Below are positions 30,415 through 41,181 of a stretch of 59,961 nucleotides of DNA, in pieces (positions within the stretch are counted from its first letter, which is position 1; each line of letters begins with the position of its first letter). The notes under the pieces are model-generated. The model worked only from the letters and a program-made list of their open reading frames with translations, was not told the DNA's origin and ran no database searches. The stretch is from an uncultured Thermodesulfovibrio sp. (GTDB lineage: Bacteria > Nitrospirota > Thermodesulfovibrionia > Thermodesulfovibrionales > Dissulfurispiraceae): contig CAYPJO010000001.1 in the NCBI GenBank assembly GCA_964411065.1, forward strand, positions 9,352 to 69,312. Direction: 5' to 3'. The translations under genes were made by a program, and so were the position numbers.

Positions 30415-31368
30415 CTAAATACTGTCTTTCGCTCTAATATCAGCCACACGAAATCTTTCAGCTATAATCGTATCCATAATCATCTGTACTAAATGATAGA
30501 TTATACTAGGTATCATTGCCATGGGATAGTGAATAGCAAAATAACCTGCCCAGACTACATAAGATACTGTCAAAGTTTTTTGAGATGTCTGGATTGTAAA
30601 AGCAGTGGTAGAGGGACGGTCAAGCCTTATAATTTTAGAGATACCATAATTCATCAAAAGTATTAATAGATGTAGAAATATTGTAAAAACAGCAACTTTT
30701 ATTAATAAAGTCCCTGCTTCCATAATCTTAGTAGTAGAGCTTGAGAAAGCATTAAATATTATCAAAAGGACTACTACTTGCTGAAAAATTGAGAAAAACT
30801 TTTTAAGCTTTGAAATCCTTTCGATCACAAAGGGTCTTAAAATCTGTCCTACCAATATTGGAACTAAAACCATAGTTAGCAGGCTTATAAACATACTGAA
30901 GATAGGTAAATTTATCTCACCTTCAAACCCGAGTAAAAGATTCAATGAGATTGGGATTGTGAAAATAGCTAATAGATTCACTATTATACAAATTAATAGA
31001 GCAAGTGCCACATTGCCTCTCCCGATAGAGGTCAAAACGACTCCTGAAGCCACAGTAACAGGAGCAACCGCTATTATGCAAACTCCGACCATAAATTCAC
31101 GAGATAAAGTTATTTCAGCAAGGATTTTAGCTATCAGAGGAAAGAAGAAAAGAGATGAGAGCACCGCAGCTACTAAGGGTCTATAGGAGAGTAGCTGACT
31201 CCTTATACCAGTTGTTTCTAAGCTAAGACCTGTTATAAAAAAAGCTAAGAAAATCCCTAAATTTAGAATCTTATACTCTCTAATTAATATCCCAATGTCT
31301 GGAAGGACAAAAGAGACTATTATTACTGCTATTACCCCTAAGAAAAACCAATTTTTTAATAAAAACAT
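30415..31368 (-). CDS. Bile acid:sodium symporter (BASS/SBF-like) family transporter
   Basis: About 10 hydrophobic helices over 317 aa. Family-typical N-terminus and length. Confidence 0.75.
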   Translation of the reverse strand: MFLLKNWFFLGVIAVIIVSFVLPDIGILIREYKILNLGIFLAFFITGLSLETTGIRSQLLSYRPLVAAVLSSLFFFPLIAKILAEITLSREFMVGVCIIAVAPVTVASGVVLTSIGRGNVALALLICIIVNLLAIFTIPISLNLLLGFEGEINLPIFSMFISLLTMVLVPILVGQILRPFVIERISKLKKFFSIFQQVVVLLIIFNAFSSSTTKIMEAGTLLIKVAVFTIFLHLLILLMNYGISKIIRLDRPSTTAFTIQTSQKTLTVSYVVWAGYFAIHYPMAMIPSIIYHLVQMIMDTIIAERFRVADIRAKDSI

Positions 31369-31536
31369 GCTCTAAAATTGATTATTTATGAGGATCCAAA
31401 AGTGAGAGTAATTTTTCACAACATTTATATTTTAATTTAAAAAGTTAGCTCAAATTCAAAAAATTATAATAAAACTGAGATGCTACTATTTCTCTTCTTA
31501 ATACTTGACAAAGTAGATCTTTATGCTTTATCGTAA

Positions 31537-31548
31537 GTAAGTGCTTAC
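31537..31548. promoter_or_regulatory. Candidate TetR operator palindrome GTAAG-TG-CTTAC next to a TTGACA (31505-31510) / TATCGT promoter
   Basis: Read directly. The palindrome sits just downstream of the putative -10 and 21 nt upstream of the tetR ATG. Confidence 0.3.
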
Positions 31549-31568
31549 ATAACTATAAGTAATATTTT

Positions 31569-32162
31569 ATGTTTTCAGAGCAATATACAACGAAAGAAAA
31601 AATATTACAAAGTGCTCTTAAACTTTTCTCCCAAAAAGGTTATCTTGGAGCCACCACTCGTGAAATAGCAAAAGATGCCGGCGTTGCCGAGGTGACTCTT
31701 TTTAGACACTTCAATTCAAAAGAAAAACTACTTGAAGGAGTACTCGAAAATTACTCCTTTCTGCCAGAGCTTAAACAGATCATGCCAGAAATTTTAAATC
31801 TAAAATACGAAGAAGCACTTCTCTTAATAGTAAAAACCTTCTTAAGAACTCTTCTAACTAGAAAGGATATTATCAAGATAATAAAAACAGAAATTCTTAC
31901 TCATCCTGACAAGGTATCTCATTTTTTTCAACCATATCTAATCGAGCTCTATGATACCATCGCCTTTTACTTTAACGAAATGGAGAAAAAAGGTATTTTG
32001 AAGGAGTTTGATCATCGAATTGGAGGTAGAGCATTATTAGGAATGGTATTTTCCTATTTTGAGGTTGATGAATTTATATTCCAAAGGGAAGGTTCAGAGG
32101 AAGTTTATGAAAAGACCTTAGAGGAATTTGTCAAAATTTTTGTGAGAGGGACTTTGAGATGA
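31569..32162 (+). CDS. TetR/AcrR family transcriptional regulator
   Basis: HTH TTREIAKDAGVAEVTLFRHF. First gene of the efflux operon. Confidence 0.9.
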   Translation: MFSEQYTTKEKILQSALKLFSQKGYLGATTREIAKDAGVAEVTLFRHFNSKEKLLEGVLENYSFLPELKQIMPEILNLKYEEALLLIVKTFLRTLLTRKDIIKIIKTEILTHPDKVSHFFQPYLIELYDTIAFYFNEMEKKGILKEFDHRIGGRALLGMVFSYFEVDEFIFQREGSEEVYEKTLEEFVKIFVRGTLR

Positions 32163-33547
32163 ACTATGAAGCTTCTACAATTATATTCAAAGAAATTAGA
32201 AATTCGATTCTAAAATTTTTCCTTTTCCCCTTATTGTTCTTAATCCTTACCTCTACTATATTAATTCAAAAGGCTAATGCCCAAAAAGAATATACTCTTG
32301 AAGATCTCTACAGTATAGCCCTGAAAAATGCTGAAAAAATAATTATAGCTCAAGAGGAACTATACATATCAGAAAGGCAAAAAGACAAAGCTATCTCTCT
32401 TTTACTCCCTAAACTCTCTGCCTTTAGTAGTTACACTAAATACAGTGAAGAGAAGTTTTCTCAGGCAGGTAATTTGATACAGCCCAGCAATGCATCCTCT
32501 TGGGGGTTAAGATTAGATCAAACCTTTTCTCTAAGCGGTAGAGAGATAATAGCCCTAAGGATATCTGAAAAGGGTATCGAAAAAAGTAAATATGATCTCC
32601 ACTTCATAAAAGAGTCATATCTTACAAATGTATCCATAGCTTTCTTTAATGTTCTAAAAGCTAAAAGAATGTTAGAAATCGCTACCGCAAATGTGCAAAG
32701 ACTTACAAAACATCGTGATGCTGCTTTAACAAGGTTAAAAGTTGGAGAAGTGACAAAAACTGCCCTTTTAAGAGCGGAAGCCGAGCTTTCAGGTGCAAAA
32801 TCTGAACTTGTTAAATCTGAAAATGATTTGAAATTAGCTAAATCAGTGCTTGCCAGAGTAGTTGGATTAAATGAAACCTTTGAAATACAGGATGTATCAC
32901 TCATAACAGAAGGGGCTGAATTAGATTTTTCTATATCCAGCTGTATTCCATTAGAAATTAACTGTCTCAAAGAGATTGCCTTTTCCGAAAGATCAGACTT
33001 AAAAGCATTGGAAGTCCAAAAGAAGATCTCTCAAGACCAAATTACTTACGCAAAAGGAGCTTATTTCCCCTATCTTTCAATTGAGGGTCTCTGGATAAAA
33101 AGAGATGAAGAACCTTCGTCCCTCTTTTTAAATAAAGAGAGTTTATATGGAGGGATAAAGATCAATTTTCCCTTCTTCGAAGGAGGATTAAGGCGTGCTG
33201 AGGTAAAGGAATCGGAATCAAGAAAAAGACAGGCAGAGTTATTATATGAAGATACAAAAAAGACAATAAGCATTGAAGTAGAAGAAGCTTATCTTGATTT
33301 TATTACATTAAAAGGCATAATGAAATCTCTTAAAGACCAACTCTCATTTGCAGAGGACAATTTCAGGTCTGTTACAAAACAGTTTGAATTCGGTCTCGCA
33401 AATAGCATTGATGTAATAGATGCCAATACCTTATTAATTGCCTCTGAAAGGCGACTCACAGACGCTTTATATGACTCTCAAATAGCCAAAATAAGGCTAC
33501 AAAAGGCAGTTGGAGTCTTTCTTAAAACACTAATGAAAAATTTTTAA
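32159..33547 (+). CDS. TolC-family outer membrane efflux protein
   Basis: Two-repeat coiled-coil and beta-barrel pattern over 462 aa. Overlaps the tetR stop (ATGA). Confidence 0.85.
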   Translation: MNYEASTIIFKEIRNSILKFFLFPLLFLILTSTILIQKANAQKEYTLEDLYSIALKNAEKIIIAQEELYISERQKDKAISLLLPKLSAFSSYTKYSEEKFSQAGNLIQPSNASSWGLRLDQTFSLSGREIIALRISEKGIEKSKYDLHFIKESYLTNVSIAFFNVLKAKRMLEIATANVQRLTKHRDAALTRLKVGEVTKTALLRAEAELSGAKSELVKSENDLKLAKSVLARVVGLNETFEIQDVSLITEGAELDFSISSCIPLEINCLKEIAFSERSDLKALEVQKKISQDQITYAKGAYFPYLSIEGLWIKRDEEPSSLFLNKESLYGGIKINFPFFEGGLRRAEVKESESRKRQAELLYEDTKKTISIEVEEAYLDFITLKGIMKSLKDQLSFAEDNFRSVTKQFEFGLANSIDVIDANTLLIASERRLTDALYDSQIAKIRLQKAVGVFLKTLMKNF

Positions 33548-33621
33548 TAGAATAGTTTATGAGCATTTTATATAACAAACACTGGAAGGGAAAATAATAT
33601 GGAAGTTTTGAGGTCAAAAAA

Positions 33622-34746
33622 ATGAAGAAAGAGCTAAAACTTTATTTTACCGCGCTAATCATACTTATCTTTCCAATTCTGTTTTTAATGAACTGCTCGA
33701 AAAAAGAAAATAAAGCCATTGAAGAAAAGGTAATCAATGTTAAAGTTTTGAAAGCTGAAAGAAAGTCTCTTCGACCCTATATTGAGACGATTGGGACTTT
33801 AAACCCCTATGAGGAAGTTATAGTAAGCGCTGAAATTGAAGGGATAATAAAAGAAATAAAAGTTGAAGAAGGCTCAGCTGTTTATAAGGGTATGCTTTTA
33901 GCGACTATCTCTGATATAGACTACGATCTTGATGTAAAAAGGGCTGAAGCGGCGCTAAAGCAAGCAGAAGCAACTTTTGCTAATACAAAGCTCGAATTTC
34001 AAAGAAAAAGCTCTCTCTATAAAGAGCAACTTGTCACCCAACAGCAATTAGATGATGTAACAACAAGGCTATCTCTATCTGAAGCAGAGGTAGAAAAAGC
34101 TAAAGCCTCTCTTTCTTTGGCGAAACAAAAACTGCTGAAAACAAAAATATTTAGTCCTATCGATGGTTTTATTAAAGAAAAGAAGACCTCAATCGGCAGT
34201 TACGTTCGAAATGGTTCCAATTTATTTGTTGTAATCAAAAATAACCCTCTAAAATTGAATTTCACAATTAGTGAAAAAGATATCTATAAAATAAAAAAAG
34301 GGCAAGATATCGTCTTTAAAGTAGATGCTTTCGGTGAAAGAGAGTTTAAGGGCAAGGTAAATACTATCTATCCAAGCTTAGAAGAAAAAACTCGTAGTCT
34401 TCAAATTGAAGCCCTTACCCATAACAATGATGGTTTATTAAAACCTGGACTCTTTGCGAAAGTAACTCTTTACACTGGTGAACCCCGTGAAATGGTTTTG
34501 ATTCCAGCAATCTCTATAATTTATGAAGGTGAAAAGGTGGCAGCTTTTATAGTCCAAGATGGTGTTGCGAAAGTAAGAAATCTCAAGATCGGACAGTTAC
34601 ATAGAATTAAAACCAAGATTAATGGTGAAGAGGTAAAGATTGTAGAGTATGTGGAAGTTATCGAAGGAATCTCTGAAGGCGAGATAGTAGTCATTGTGGG
34701 GCAACATAACCTCTCGGAAAACACAAAAATCAAGATAATTAATTAA
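33622..34746 (+). CDS. RND efflux periplasmic adaptor (membrane fusion protein)
   Basis: Lipoprotein-like signal (LFLMNC) with lipoyl, hairpin and beta-barrel arrangement. Located between the TolC and RND pump genes. Confidence 0.9.
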   Translation: MKKELKLYFTALIILIFPILFLMNCSKKENKAIEEKVINVKVLKAERKSLRPYIETIGTLNPYEEVIVSAEIEGIIKEIKVEEGSAVYKGMLLATISDIDYDLDVKRAEAALKQAEATFANTKLEFQRKSSLYKEQLVTQQQLDDVTTRLSLSEAEVEKAKASLSLAKQKLLKTKIFSPIDGFIKEKKTSIGSYVRNGSNLFVVIKNNPLKLNFTISEKDIYKIKKGQDIVFKVDAFGEREFKGKVNTIYPSLEEKTRSLQIEALTHNNDGLLKPGLFAKVTLYTGEPREMVLIPAISIIYEGEKVAAFIVQDGVAKVRNLKIGQLHRIKTKINGEEVKIVEYVEVIEGISEGEIVVIVGQHNLSENTKIKIIN

Positions 34747-34758
34747 AGATTTATCTCT

Positions 34759-37700
34759 ATGTGGCTTGCTGACATTTCAATAAAAAGACCTGTTTTTGCA
34801 ACAATGTTAATTCTATCCCTTGTTGTTTTAGGCATCGTTAGTTATCCAAGCATTGGAGTAGACCTATTTCCAAGAGTTGAATTACCCATTGTAAATATCA
34901 GAACTGTACTTAAAGGTGCCAGTCCTGAGATTATCGATATAGATGTAACAGACAAGATAGAAGAGGCAATAAACACAATCAACGGTGTTAAAACTATTAA
35001 TTCAACAAGTTCTGAGGGTGTCTCTATTGTCACTGTGGAATTTTTCTTAGAGAGGGATATAGATATTGCCGTACAAGATGTAAGGGAAAAAATTGCAGCA
35101 ATCAGAAACAAACTCCCATCCGACATAGAAGAACCAATTATAGAAAAGGTTGATCCAGACGCTACACCTGTTCTTTGGCTTGCTCTTAGTGGGGAACAAT
35201 CGGTTCGAGAGATATCAACCTATGCAAATGAGGTTTTGAAGGAACAACTCCAGAAGGTAACAGGAGTTGGTGCAATAAGAATGGTGGGGCAAAGATTGAG
35301 GCAGATTAGAATATGGTTAGATCTTGAAAAATTAAATGCTTACAAAATCACTGCCCACGATGTTGTCAGAGCAATCCAAAGAGAGAATATAGAGATGCCC
35401 GGCGGGAGAATCGAGAGTGACACCAGAGAGTTTATAGTAAAGATCAAAGGAGAAATGCTCACACTTAATGATTTTAACGAGCTCATAGTTGGATATCATA
35501 GAGGTTCTGCCATAAGAATTAAAGATATCGGCAAAGCAGAGGATGGAATAGAAGAAAAAAGAACTATTGCAAGATTTAATGGCTTGCCTGCCGTAGGTTT
35601 AGGTATACAAAAGCAGTCAGGCACTAATACAGTAGAGGTAATTGATCGAGTAAAAAGGGAAGTTGAAAAAATTAAGAAAACTCTCCCACCTGGGATGAAG
35701 ATAGATATTGGTTTTGATCAGTCTTTCTTTATTAAAAGGTCTATTCACGAAGTACAGACACACCTGATTTATGGTGGTTTTTTTGCGGTACTGGCAGTAT
35801 TAGTTTTTTTAAAAAGTCTTAGACTTACCTTTATAAGTGCCCTTGCGATACCAACCTCCATTATTGCGACTTTTAGCATAATGTATGCTTTTAATTTCAC
35901 TTTTAATAATATGACGATGCTTGCACTATCATTGTCCATTGGGATTCTCATTGATGATGCAATAATAGTAATTGAAAATATACACAGACATATAAAAAAT
36001 GGCATGAAACCAATGGAAGCTGCCTCATTTGCTACTGCAGAGATAGGGCTCGCTGTTATGGCAACCACTCTCTCTATTGTAGCAATCTTCCTCCCTGTAG
36101 CCTTTATGAAAGGGATAGTTGGACGCTTCTTCTTGCAATTCGCTCTCACTGTCGTATTTGCAGTGATGGTTTCTTTACTTGTGGCTTTTACATTAACTCC
36201 GATGCTTTCATCAAGATTACTTAAACCTTATGAGGAAGAAGAAAAAGAACGAAAAACTAAATCTAAATTCATATCCAAGATCAGCTCAAAACTTGATTTT
36301 ATCTATAATGCTACTGAAAAAAAATATAGAGAGCTATTGATATTTTCTCTTAACCATAAAGCAAAGATAATCATTATTGCTACCTTAATATTCATTTTTA
36401 GTCTTCTTCTCACAAGATTCATAGGTAAAGAATTTCTACCTCCAGAGGATCAAGGTAGGTTTATTGTAAGGTTACAAGCTCCTGTTAGTTATTCTATTGA
36501 CGAGGCAGACAAAATGTTCAGACAAGCTGAAGAGATCGTTAGAAGACTACCCGAAGTCCGAACCGTCTTTTACGCACAAGGAGCAGGATTTACTGGAGAA
36601 ATCAACAAAGCATCGATGTTCGTTGGCCTTACACCTAAAAGGGAACGAAAAAGAACCCAACAAGAGATTATGAAGGATGTCCGCAAAAGATTTAAGGAAA
36701 TAACAGGACTTAAAGCTACCGCCGAGGATGTATCCTTAATCGGTGGAGGGATTAGGCAAGTTCCTATACAGTTTAGCATACAGGGGAGAGATCTCTCAGC
36801 TCTTGAAGAATATTCAAAGCAAATAATTTCTGAATTTTCAAAATTGCCAGGAATTGTTGATATCGACACTACCTTAGAAGCTGGGAAACCAGAAGTAAGG
36901 GTATTCATAAATAGGGATAAGGCAGCAGAGTTAGGGGTTGATATTGCTACCATTGCTGAAGCAATATCCTTCTTAGTAAGCGGTGAGTTTGATGTAGCAA
37001 AGTTCAAAGATGAGACAAAAGGCAGAAGATATGATGTCAGAATCAGACTTTACCATGAAGATAGAGAGAAGTTGACTGATCTGCAAAGAATCTATGTAAG
37101 AGCTAAAGACGGCAAATTGGTTGAGTTGTCTAATATCATAAGTCTTCAAGAGGCTGGTGGCTCAAGCATAATAAACAGAGTTGACAGGCAAAGAGCTATA
37201 ATGTTATTTGCAAATCTTGAAGGTAAACCACTCGGGCAGGCTAAGGAAGAACTCAATTCTATTGCCTCAAAAATATTGCCAACTGGTTTCTCTACCTCCT
37301 ATAAAGGCATGGCTGATATTATGGAGGAGTCCTTTTTCTATTTAATATTTGCTCTTCTCTTAGGGATTGTGATTGCCTATATGATTCTTGCTGCTCAATT
37401 TGAGAGTTTTATTCATCCTGTAACCATTCTAATATCGATGCCCCTATCATTCATTGGTGCTTTTAGCGCTTTGCTTATAACAGGCAATACAATCAACATT
37501 TTTAGTTTGATTGGTTTAATCCTCTTGATGGGCTTAGTTAAGAAGAATGCAATCTTGTTAGTAGATTACACAAACACTTTGAGGGAAAGAGGGATGGAGA
37601 GAAAAGAAGCTCTAATTACCGCTGGTCCTGTCAGATTAAAACCAATTCTAATGACCACCTTTGCGATGATTTTCGGGATGATGCCCATCGCCTTAGGTAT

Positions 37701-37869
37701 AGGCGAAGGAGCTGAGACAAGAGCACCTATGGCTATTGCTACAATTGGTGGGCTCATATCTTCATTATTTTTAACCTTAATAGTGGTGCCAGTGATATAC
37801 GATATCTTTGATACCATCAAGGAAAAGTTAGCAGCAAAATACAGAAGAAAAAAGTACTCTCAAGGTTGA
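34759..37869 (+). CDS. RND family efflux transporter permease (AcrB/CzcA superfamily)
   Basis: 1036 aa with a 12-TM pattern and two large periplasmic loops. Conserved IDDAIIVIENI and VKKNAILLVDY motifs. Confidence 0.95.
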   Translation: MWLADISIKRPVFATMLILSLVVLGIVSYPSIGVDLFPRVELPIVNIRTVLKGASPEIIDIDVTDKIEEAINTINGVKTINSTSSEGVSIVTVEFFLERDIDIAVQDVREKIAAIRNKLPSDIEEPIIEKVDPDATPVLWLALSGEQSVREISTYANEVLKEQLQKVTGVGAIRMVGQRLRQIRIWLDLEKLNAYKITAHDVVRAIQRENIEMPGGRIESDTREFIVKIKGEMLTLNDFNELIVGYHRGSAIRIKDIGKAEDGIEEKRTIARFNGLPAVGLGIQKQSGTNTVEVIDRVKREVEKIKKTLPPGMKIDIGFDQSFFIKRSIHEVQTHLIYGGFFAVLAVLVFLKSLRLTFISALAIPTSIIATFSIMYAFNFTFNNMTMLALSLSIGILIDDAIIVIENIHRHIKNGMKPMEAASFATAEIGLAVMATTLSIVAIFLPVAFMKGIVGRFFLQFALTVVFAVMVSLLVAFTLTPMLSSRLLKPYEEEEKERKTKSKFISKISSKLDFIYNATEKKYRELLIFSLNHKAKIIIIATLIFIFSLLLTRFIGKEFLPPEDQGRFIVRLQAPVSYSIDEADKMFRQAEEIVRRLPEVRTVFYAQGAGFTGEINKASMFVGLTPKRERKRTQQEIMKDVRKRFKEITGLKATAEDVSLIGGGIRQVPIQFSIQGRDLSALEEYSKQIISEFSKLPGIVDIDTTLEAGKPEVRVFINRDKAAELGVDIATIAEAISFLVSGEFDVAKFKDETKGRRYDVRIRLYHEDREKLTDLQRIYVRAKDGKLVELSNIISLQEAGGSSIINRVDRQRAIMLFANLEGKPLGQAKEELNSIASKILPTGFSTSYKGMADIMEESFFYLIFALLLGIVIAYMILAAQFESFIHPVTILISMPLSFIGAFSALLITGNTINIFSLIGLILLMGLVKKNAILLVDYTNTLRERGMERKEALITAGPVRLKPILMTTFAMIFGMMPIALGIGEGAETRAPMAIATIGGLISSLFLTLIVVPVIYDIFDTIKEKLAAKYRRKKYSQG

Positions 37870-38555
37870 AACCTAATATACTTCTCCCATATAAAGAATA
37901 GTTCCCTTGTTGCTCTTAAATCTCTTACGCAGTACCTTGCAATATCTAAATATTTACCAGCTTTAAAAAGTGCTTTTACATCTTGCCCTGTGACGCCTTC
38001 TGCCTTTGGACTCTTGATGTTAAAGGTTTTGCACCATACATCAAGACTAAATCTCCTTTTAACAGCACCAAAAAATGATAAGTGATCCAATAAGTCAATA
38101 TGGAGATCTGAATATCTATTTAGAATCAAATCTCTTGTAGGCTTTAACTGATGAATTGCTGAACGAATCAAAATAAAAGGGCAATCGAAACTTCTCCCAT
38201 TGAAGGTGATAAATTTATCGTAAAAGGTGATGGTTTTCCAAAACTCAATGAGAATCTCTCTCTCAGAGGCACTCTGGTATACTATATTTTCTTCCTCAAA
38301 TCTTTCTATTTCCTGATCAGGAGCTTGAAAGTAAATTTGTCCCCTATTTGTATCTGGATCCAACATGCCAAGAACAATTATCTGTGCTGTATGAGGATAT
38401 AAAGAGAGGCTTTCCTTTATTCTTTCTTCTTTATTTTTTCTTCTTTCTTCATCCTCCTCCGTTTCAACTCTCTTGAAGAAGTAGTATTGGAAGGAAGAAT
38501 CTAATGAATCTAAATCTTGCTCTACTGTCTCAATATCGAAAATTATCCTACTCAT
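37860..38555 (-). CDS. DEDDy 3'-5' exonuclease, PolB-exonuclease-like (RNase H fold)
   Basis: Exo I FDIET, Exo II FNGRSFDCPF, Exo III YCVRDLRAT. Confidence 0.7.
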   Translation of the reverse strand: MSRIIFDIETVEQDLDSLDSSFQYYFFKRVETEEDEERRKNKEERIKESLSLYPHTAQIIVLGMLDPDTNRGQIYFQAPDQEIERFEEENIVYQSASEREILIEFWKTITFYDKFITFNGRSFDCPFILIRSAIHQLKPTRDLILNRYSDLHIDLLDHLSFFGAVKRRFSLDVWCKTFNIKSPKAEGVTGQDVKALFKAGKYLDIARYCVRDLRATRELFFIWEKYIRFQP

Positions 38556-38577
38556 TAATATATTTATTGATCGATAA

Positions 38578-39834
38578 TTATACTGCCTTCTTCAACATCC
38601 TCTCAAAAACTTTCCATGTTTTAAGTATCTCTATTGCCTTCTGTAGTTGCAAATCCGTCTTTTCATCTAATTCAGAAAGTGTCTTTTCTCTTTTTTGATC
38701 ATCCTTTTCTCCTAATTCACTATGCTCAAGAATCTCTTGTTTTACTATTATGTCAGGAGTTATCCCAACATTATGTATCATAATGCCATTAGGAGTGTAA
38801 TACTTTGCGGTTGTTAATCTTAGTCCTGAACCATCACTCAGAGGTATAATGCTTTGAACAGAACCCTTCCCAAAGGTTTGTTCACCTACTATTATTGCTC
38901 TATTCCAATCCTTCAAAGCTCCTGCTACTATTTCAGAAGCACTGGCACTACCTTTATTCACAAGAACAACCATTGGAATCTCCTCAAAGTAAGGATAGGA
39001 CTTCTCTGTAAAATACTCGATCTTCTCACCAGCTCTGTTTTTTATATAAACCACTAATTTCTTAGGTGGCAAAAAGACTTCAGCAGTACTGACAGCGATG
39101 TTCAATAGCCCTCCCGGGTCATTCCTAAGGTCGAGGATGAGAGATTTCATCCCTTCTTTTTGGAGTTTATTTAAAGCAGATAACAAGTCATTTGCGGTGG
39201 GCTCTTGAAACTGTATTAACTTTACATATCCGATACCGTCATCCAACAATCTATGCTTCACGCTTTTGATCTTAATTATATCTCTAACTATAGTAAAGTC
39301 TTTAGTTTCTTTCCAGCCTTCTCTGAGTATAGTTAGTGTTACAGTTGTGCCCTTCTGCCCTCTCATTTTTGAGACAGCTTCATGAATCTCCATCTTTTTA
39401 GTAGTCTCACCGGAAATCTTTAAAATCTTATCTCCTGCCTTAATACCTGCCTTATACGCTGGTGTATCTTCAATGGGAGCAATGACAGTGAGAACCCCAT
39501 CCTTAATACCAATTTGGATACCAATGCCACCAAACTCACCCTTCGTCTCAACTTTTAACTCCTTTAAAGCTTCAGGTGTTAGATAGGCTGAATGGGGATC
39601 TAAGGAACTAACCATACCTTTCATAGCAGAAATGACGAGATCTTTGACTTTAACTTCTTCGACATAACTCTTTTTAATGATCGATAAAACCTCTGTAAAA
39701 ACTTTTAATTCTTCATAGCCATTCTGTGCGTCTACAGTTCGTAAAGCGTAGGTTGTCAATAATGAACCAACCACGACCAAACTAAAGAAAATCAATAACT
39801 TCAAAAAAACTTTTCTATTATTCTTAAAAATCAT
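38578..39834 (-). CDS. ctpA: Carboxy-terminal processing protease (S41, PDZ-containing)
   Basis: PDZ region (GIGIQIGIKDGVLTVIAPIEDTPAYKAG) and catalytic GSASASEI. N-terminal anchor. Confidence 0.92.
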   Translation of the reverse strand: MIFKNNRKVFLKLLIFFSLVVVGSLLTTYALRTVDAQNGYEELKVFTEVLSIIKKSYVEEVKVKDLVISAMKGMVSSLDPHSAYLTPEALKELKVETKGEFGGIGIQIGIKDGVLTVIAPIEDTPAYKAGIKAGDKILKISGETTKKMEIHEAVSKMRGQKGTTVTLTILREGWKETKDFTIVRDIIKIKSVKHRLLDDGIGYVKLIQFQEPTANDLLSALNKLQKEGMKSLILDLRNDPGGLLNIAVSTAEVFLPPKKLVVYIKNRAGEKIEYFTEKSYPYFEEIPMVVLVNKGSASASEIVAGALKDWNRAIIVGEQTFGKGSVQSIIPLSDGSGLRLTTAKYYTPNGIMIHNVGITPDIIVKQEILEHSELGEKDDQKREKTLSELDEKTDLQLQKAIEILKTWKVFERMLKKAV

Positions 39835-39945
39835 TTACTTCCTCCGTTCTTATGTGTTTGGAGATTTAGGGTAAAACAAAATTTACATAAAAAGTAAACT
39901 TTTCTTCTTTCTTTTTCCATCTCGTTTATGTTTTTTATCCCCACT

Positions 39946-41175
39946 CTATCCAATTTTTTTGAGCCAGTGCTCGGGATTCAATGCTCTACCTTTATACCTT
40001 ATCTCAAAGTATAATCCATATGTCCCGAGTAATTGGGATTCACCTGCTTCACCGATAACCTCTCTTTCTTGTATTATAGCACCGTTTTTTGGAAAAATTC
40101 TTGACATATTACCATACAATGTGTGATAGCCTCCACCATGACTTATTATCACAAGTTGACCGAAACCTTTGAAGCTATCGGCAAAAACTACCTTTCCGTC
40201 ATAGACAGCTCTTATTTGAGAATTAGGGGTCGTTTTAATATGTATGCCACTTCTAAAGACAGGGAGGTTAAATAAGGGATCAGTCTGTGAACCATAAGGT
40301 ATAGCAACAGTGCCAGTGACCGGCCAATTAAGTCTCCCTTTGAGTTTCGTGAAGGAAATAGCTTCGTGTAAATCTTCATCCTTTACCTCTGGCTTTGGTT
40401 CAATTACTCTCCTTTTTTTCTGTTCTTTCTCCTTTTTGTTTGCCTCTTCGATAATCTGCATAATTTTACTTGAAGCTTCTTTAAGATCTCTGATCATATT
40501 TTCGTAATAACTCTTTTCTTTTCTAACAGCGACAAGGAGTTTTTCTTTTTGAGCCATCTTCTCTTTATAAGATGCCTTTAACTTTTTGAAATTCTCTTCC
40601 TCTTTCTGTAGTTGTGTTTCAAAGGTTTGAAGTTTGTTGATCTTATGTGCAAGTATATCAATAGTTGTTTGATACTTTTTTATTAATGATTTGTCATACT
40701 TAGATATATCCTCGAGATATCTAATCATTTTAAGAACTTGATTAGGATCATCTTCACTAAGAATCATTAAAAGTGGTTCATTTTCATAAATCATCCTTTG
40801 AATAGCTTTAATCCTTTTTTTGAGTAACCTTGTTTGATGGGAGAGTCTATCTCTTTGAATATTTATATCATCGCGCAGTCCTTGTATATTATTTTGTAAT
40901 TCTTTTATTTTAGCCCTCTGTTTTTCAAGCATATTATTAATCTCTGTAAGTTCTAAGTGTAATTTTCTCAACTCTTCTATAATATTTTTTTCTGTCTTTC
41001 TAACTCTCTCAAGCTTTTTTTTCTGAATTTTCATCTGTTCCTGAATTTTTTTATATTCCTCTTGGGGATTGCGAGCATTTACAGAATCATTAAAAAATAG
41101 CCACAAAAGAATAGCTGAAATGACTAAAAAAAGGAGAGAATAACAGGTTGATGAATAACAACCTTTATTATACAT
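39946..41175 (-). CDS. envC: Murein hydrolase activator EnvC (coiled coil plus degenerate or active M23 domain)
   Basis: Long coiled coil and C-terminal M23 motif SHGGGYHTLYGNM. Immediately downstream of ftsEX. Confidence 0.85.
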   Translation of the reverse strand: MYNKGCYSSTCYSLLFLVISAILLWLFFNDSVNARNPQEEYKKIQEQMKIQKKKLERVRKTEKNIIEELRKLHLELTEINNMLEKQRAKIKELQNNIQGLRDDINIQRDRLSHQTRLLKKRIKAIQRMIYENEPLLMILSEDDPNQVLKMIRYLEDISKYDKSLIKKYQTTIDILAHKINKLQTFETQLQKEEENFKKLKASYKEKMAQKEKLLVAVRKEKSYYENMIRDLKEASSKIMQIIEEANKKEKEQKKRRVIEPKPEVKDEDLHEAISFTKLKGRLNWPVTGTVAIPYGSQTDPLFNLPVFRSGIHIKTTPNSQIRAVYDGKVVFADSFKGFGQLVIISHGGGYHTLYGNMSRIFPKNGAIIQEREVIGEAGESQLLGTYGLYFEIRYKGRALNPEHWLKKIG

Positions 41176-41181
41176 CTTTTT

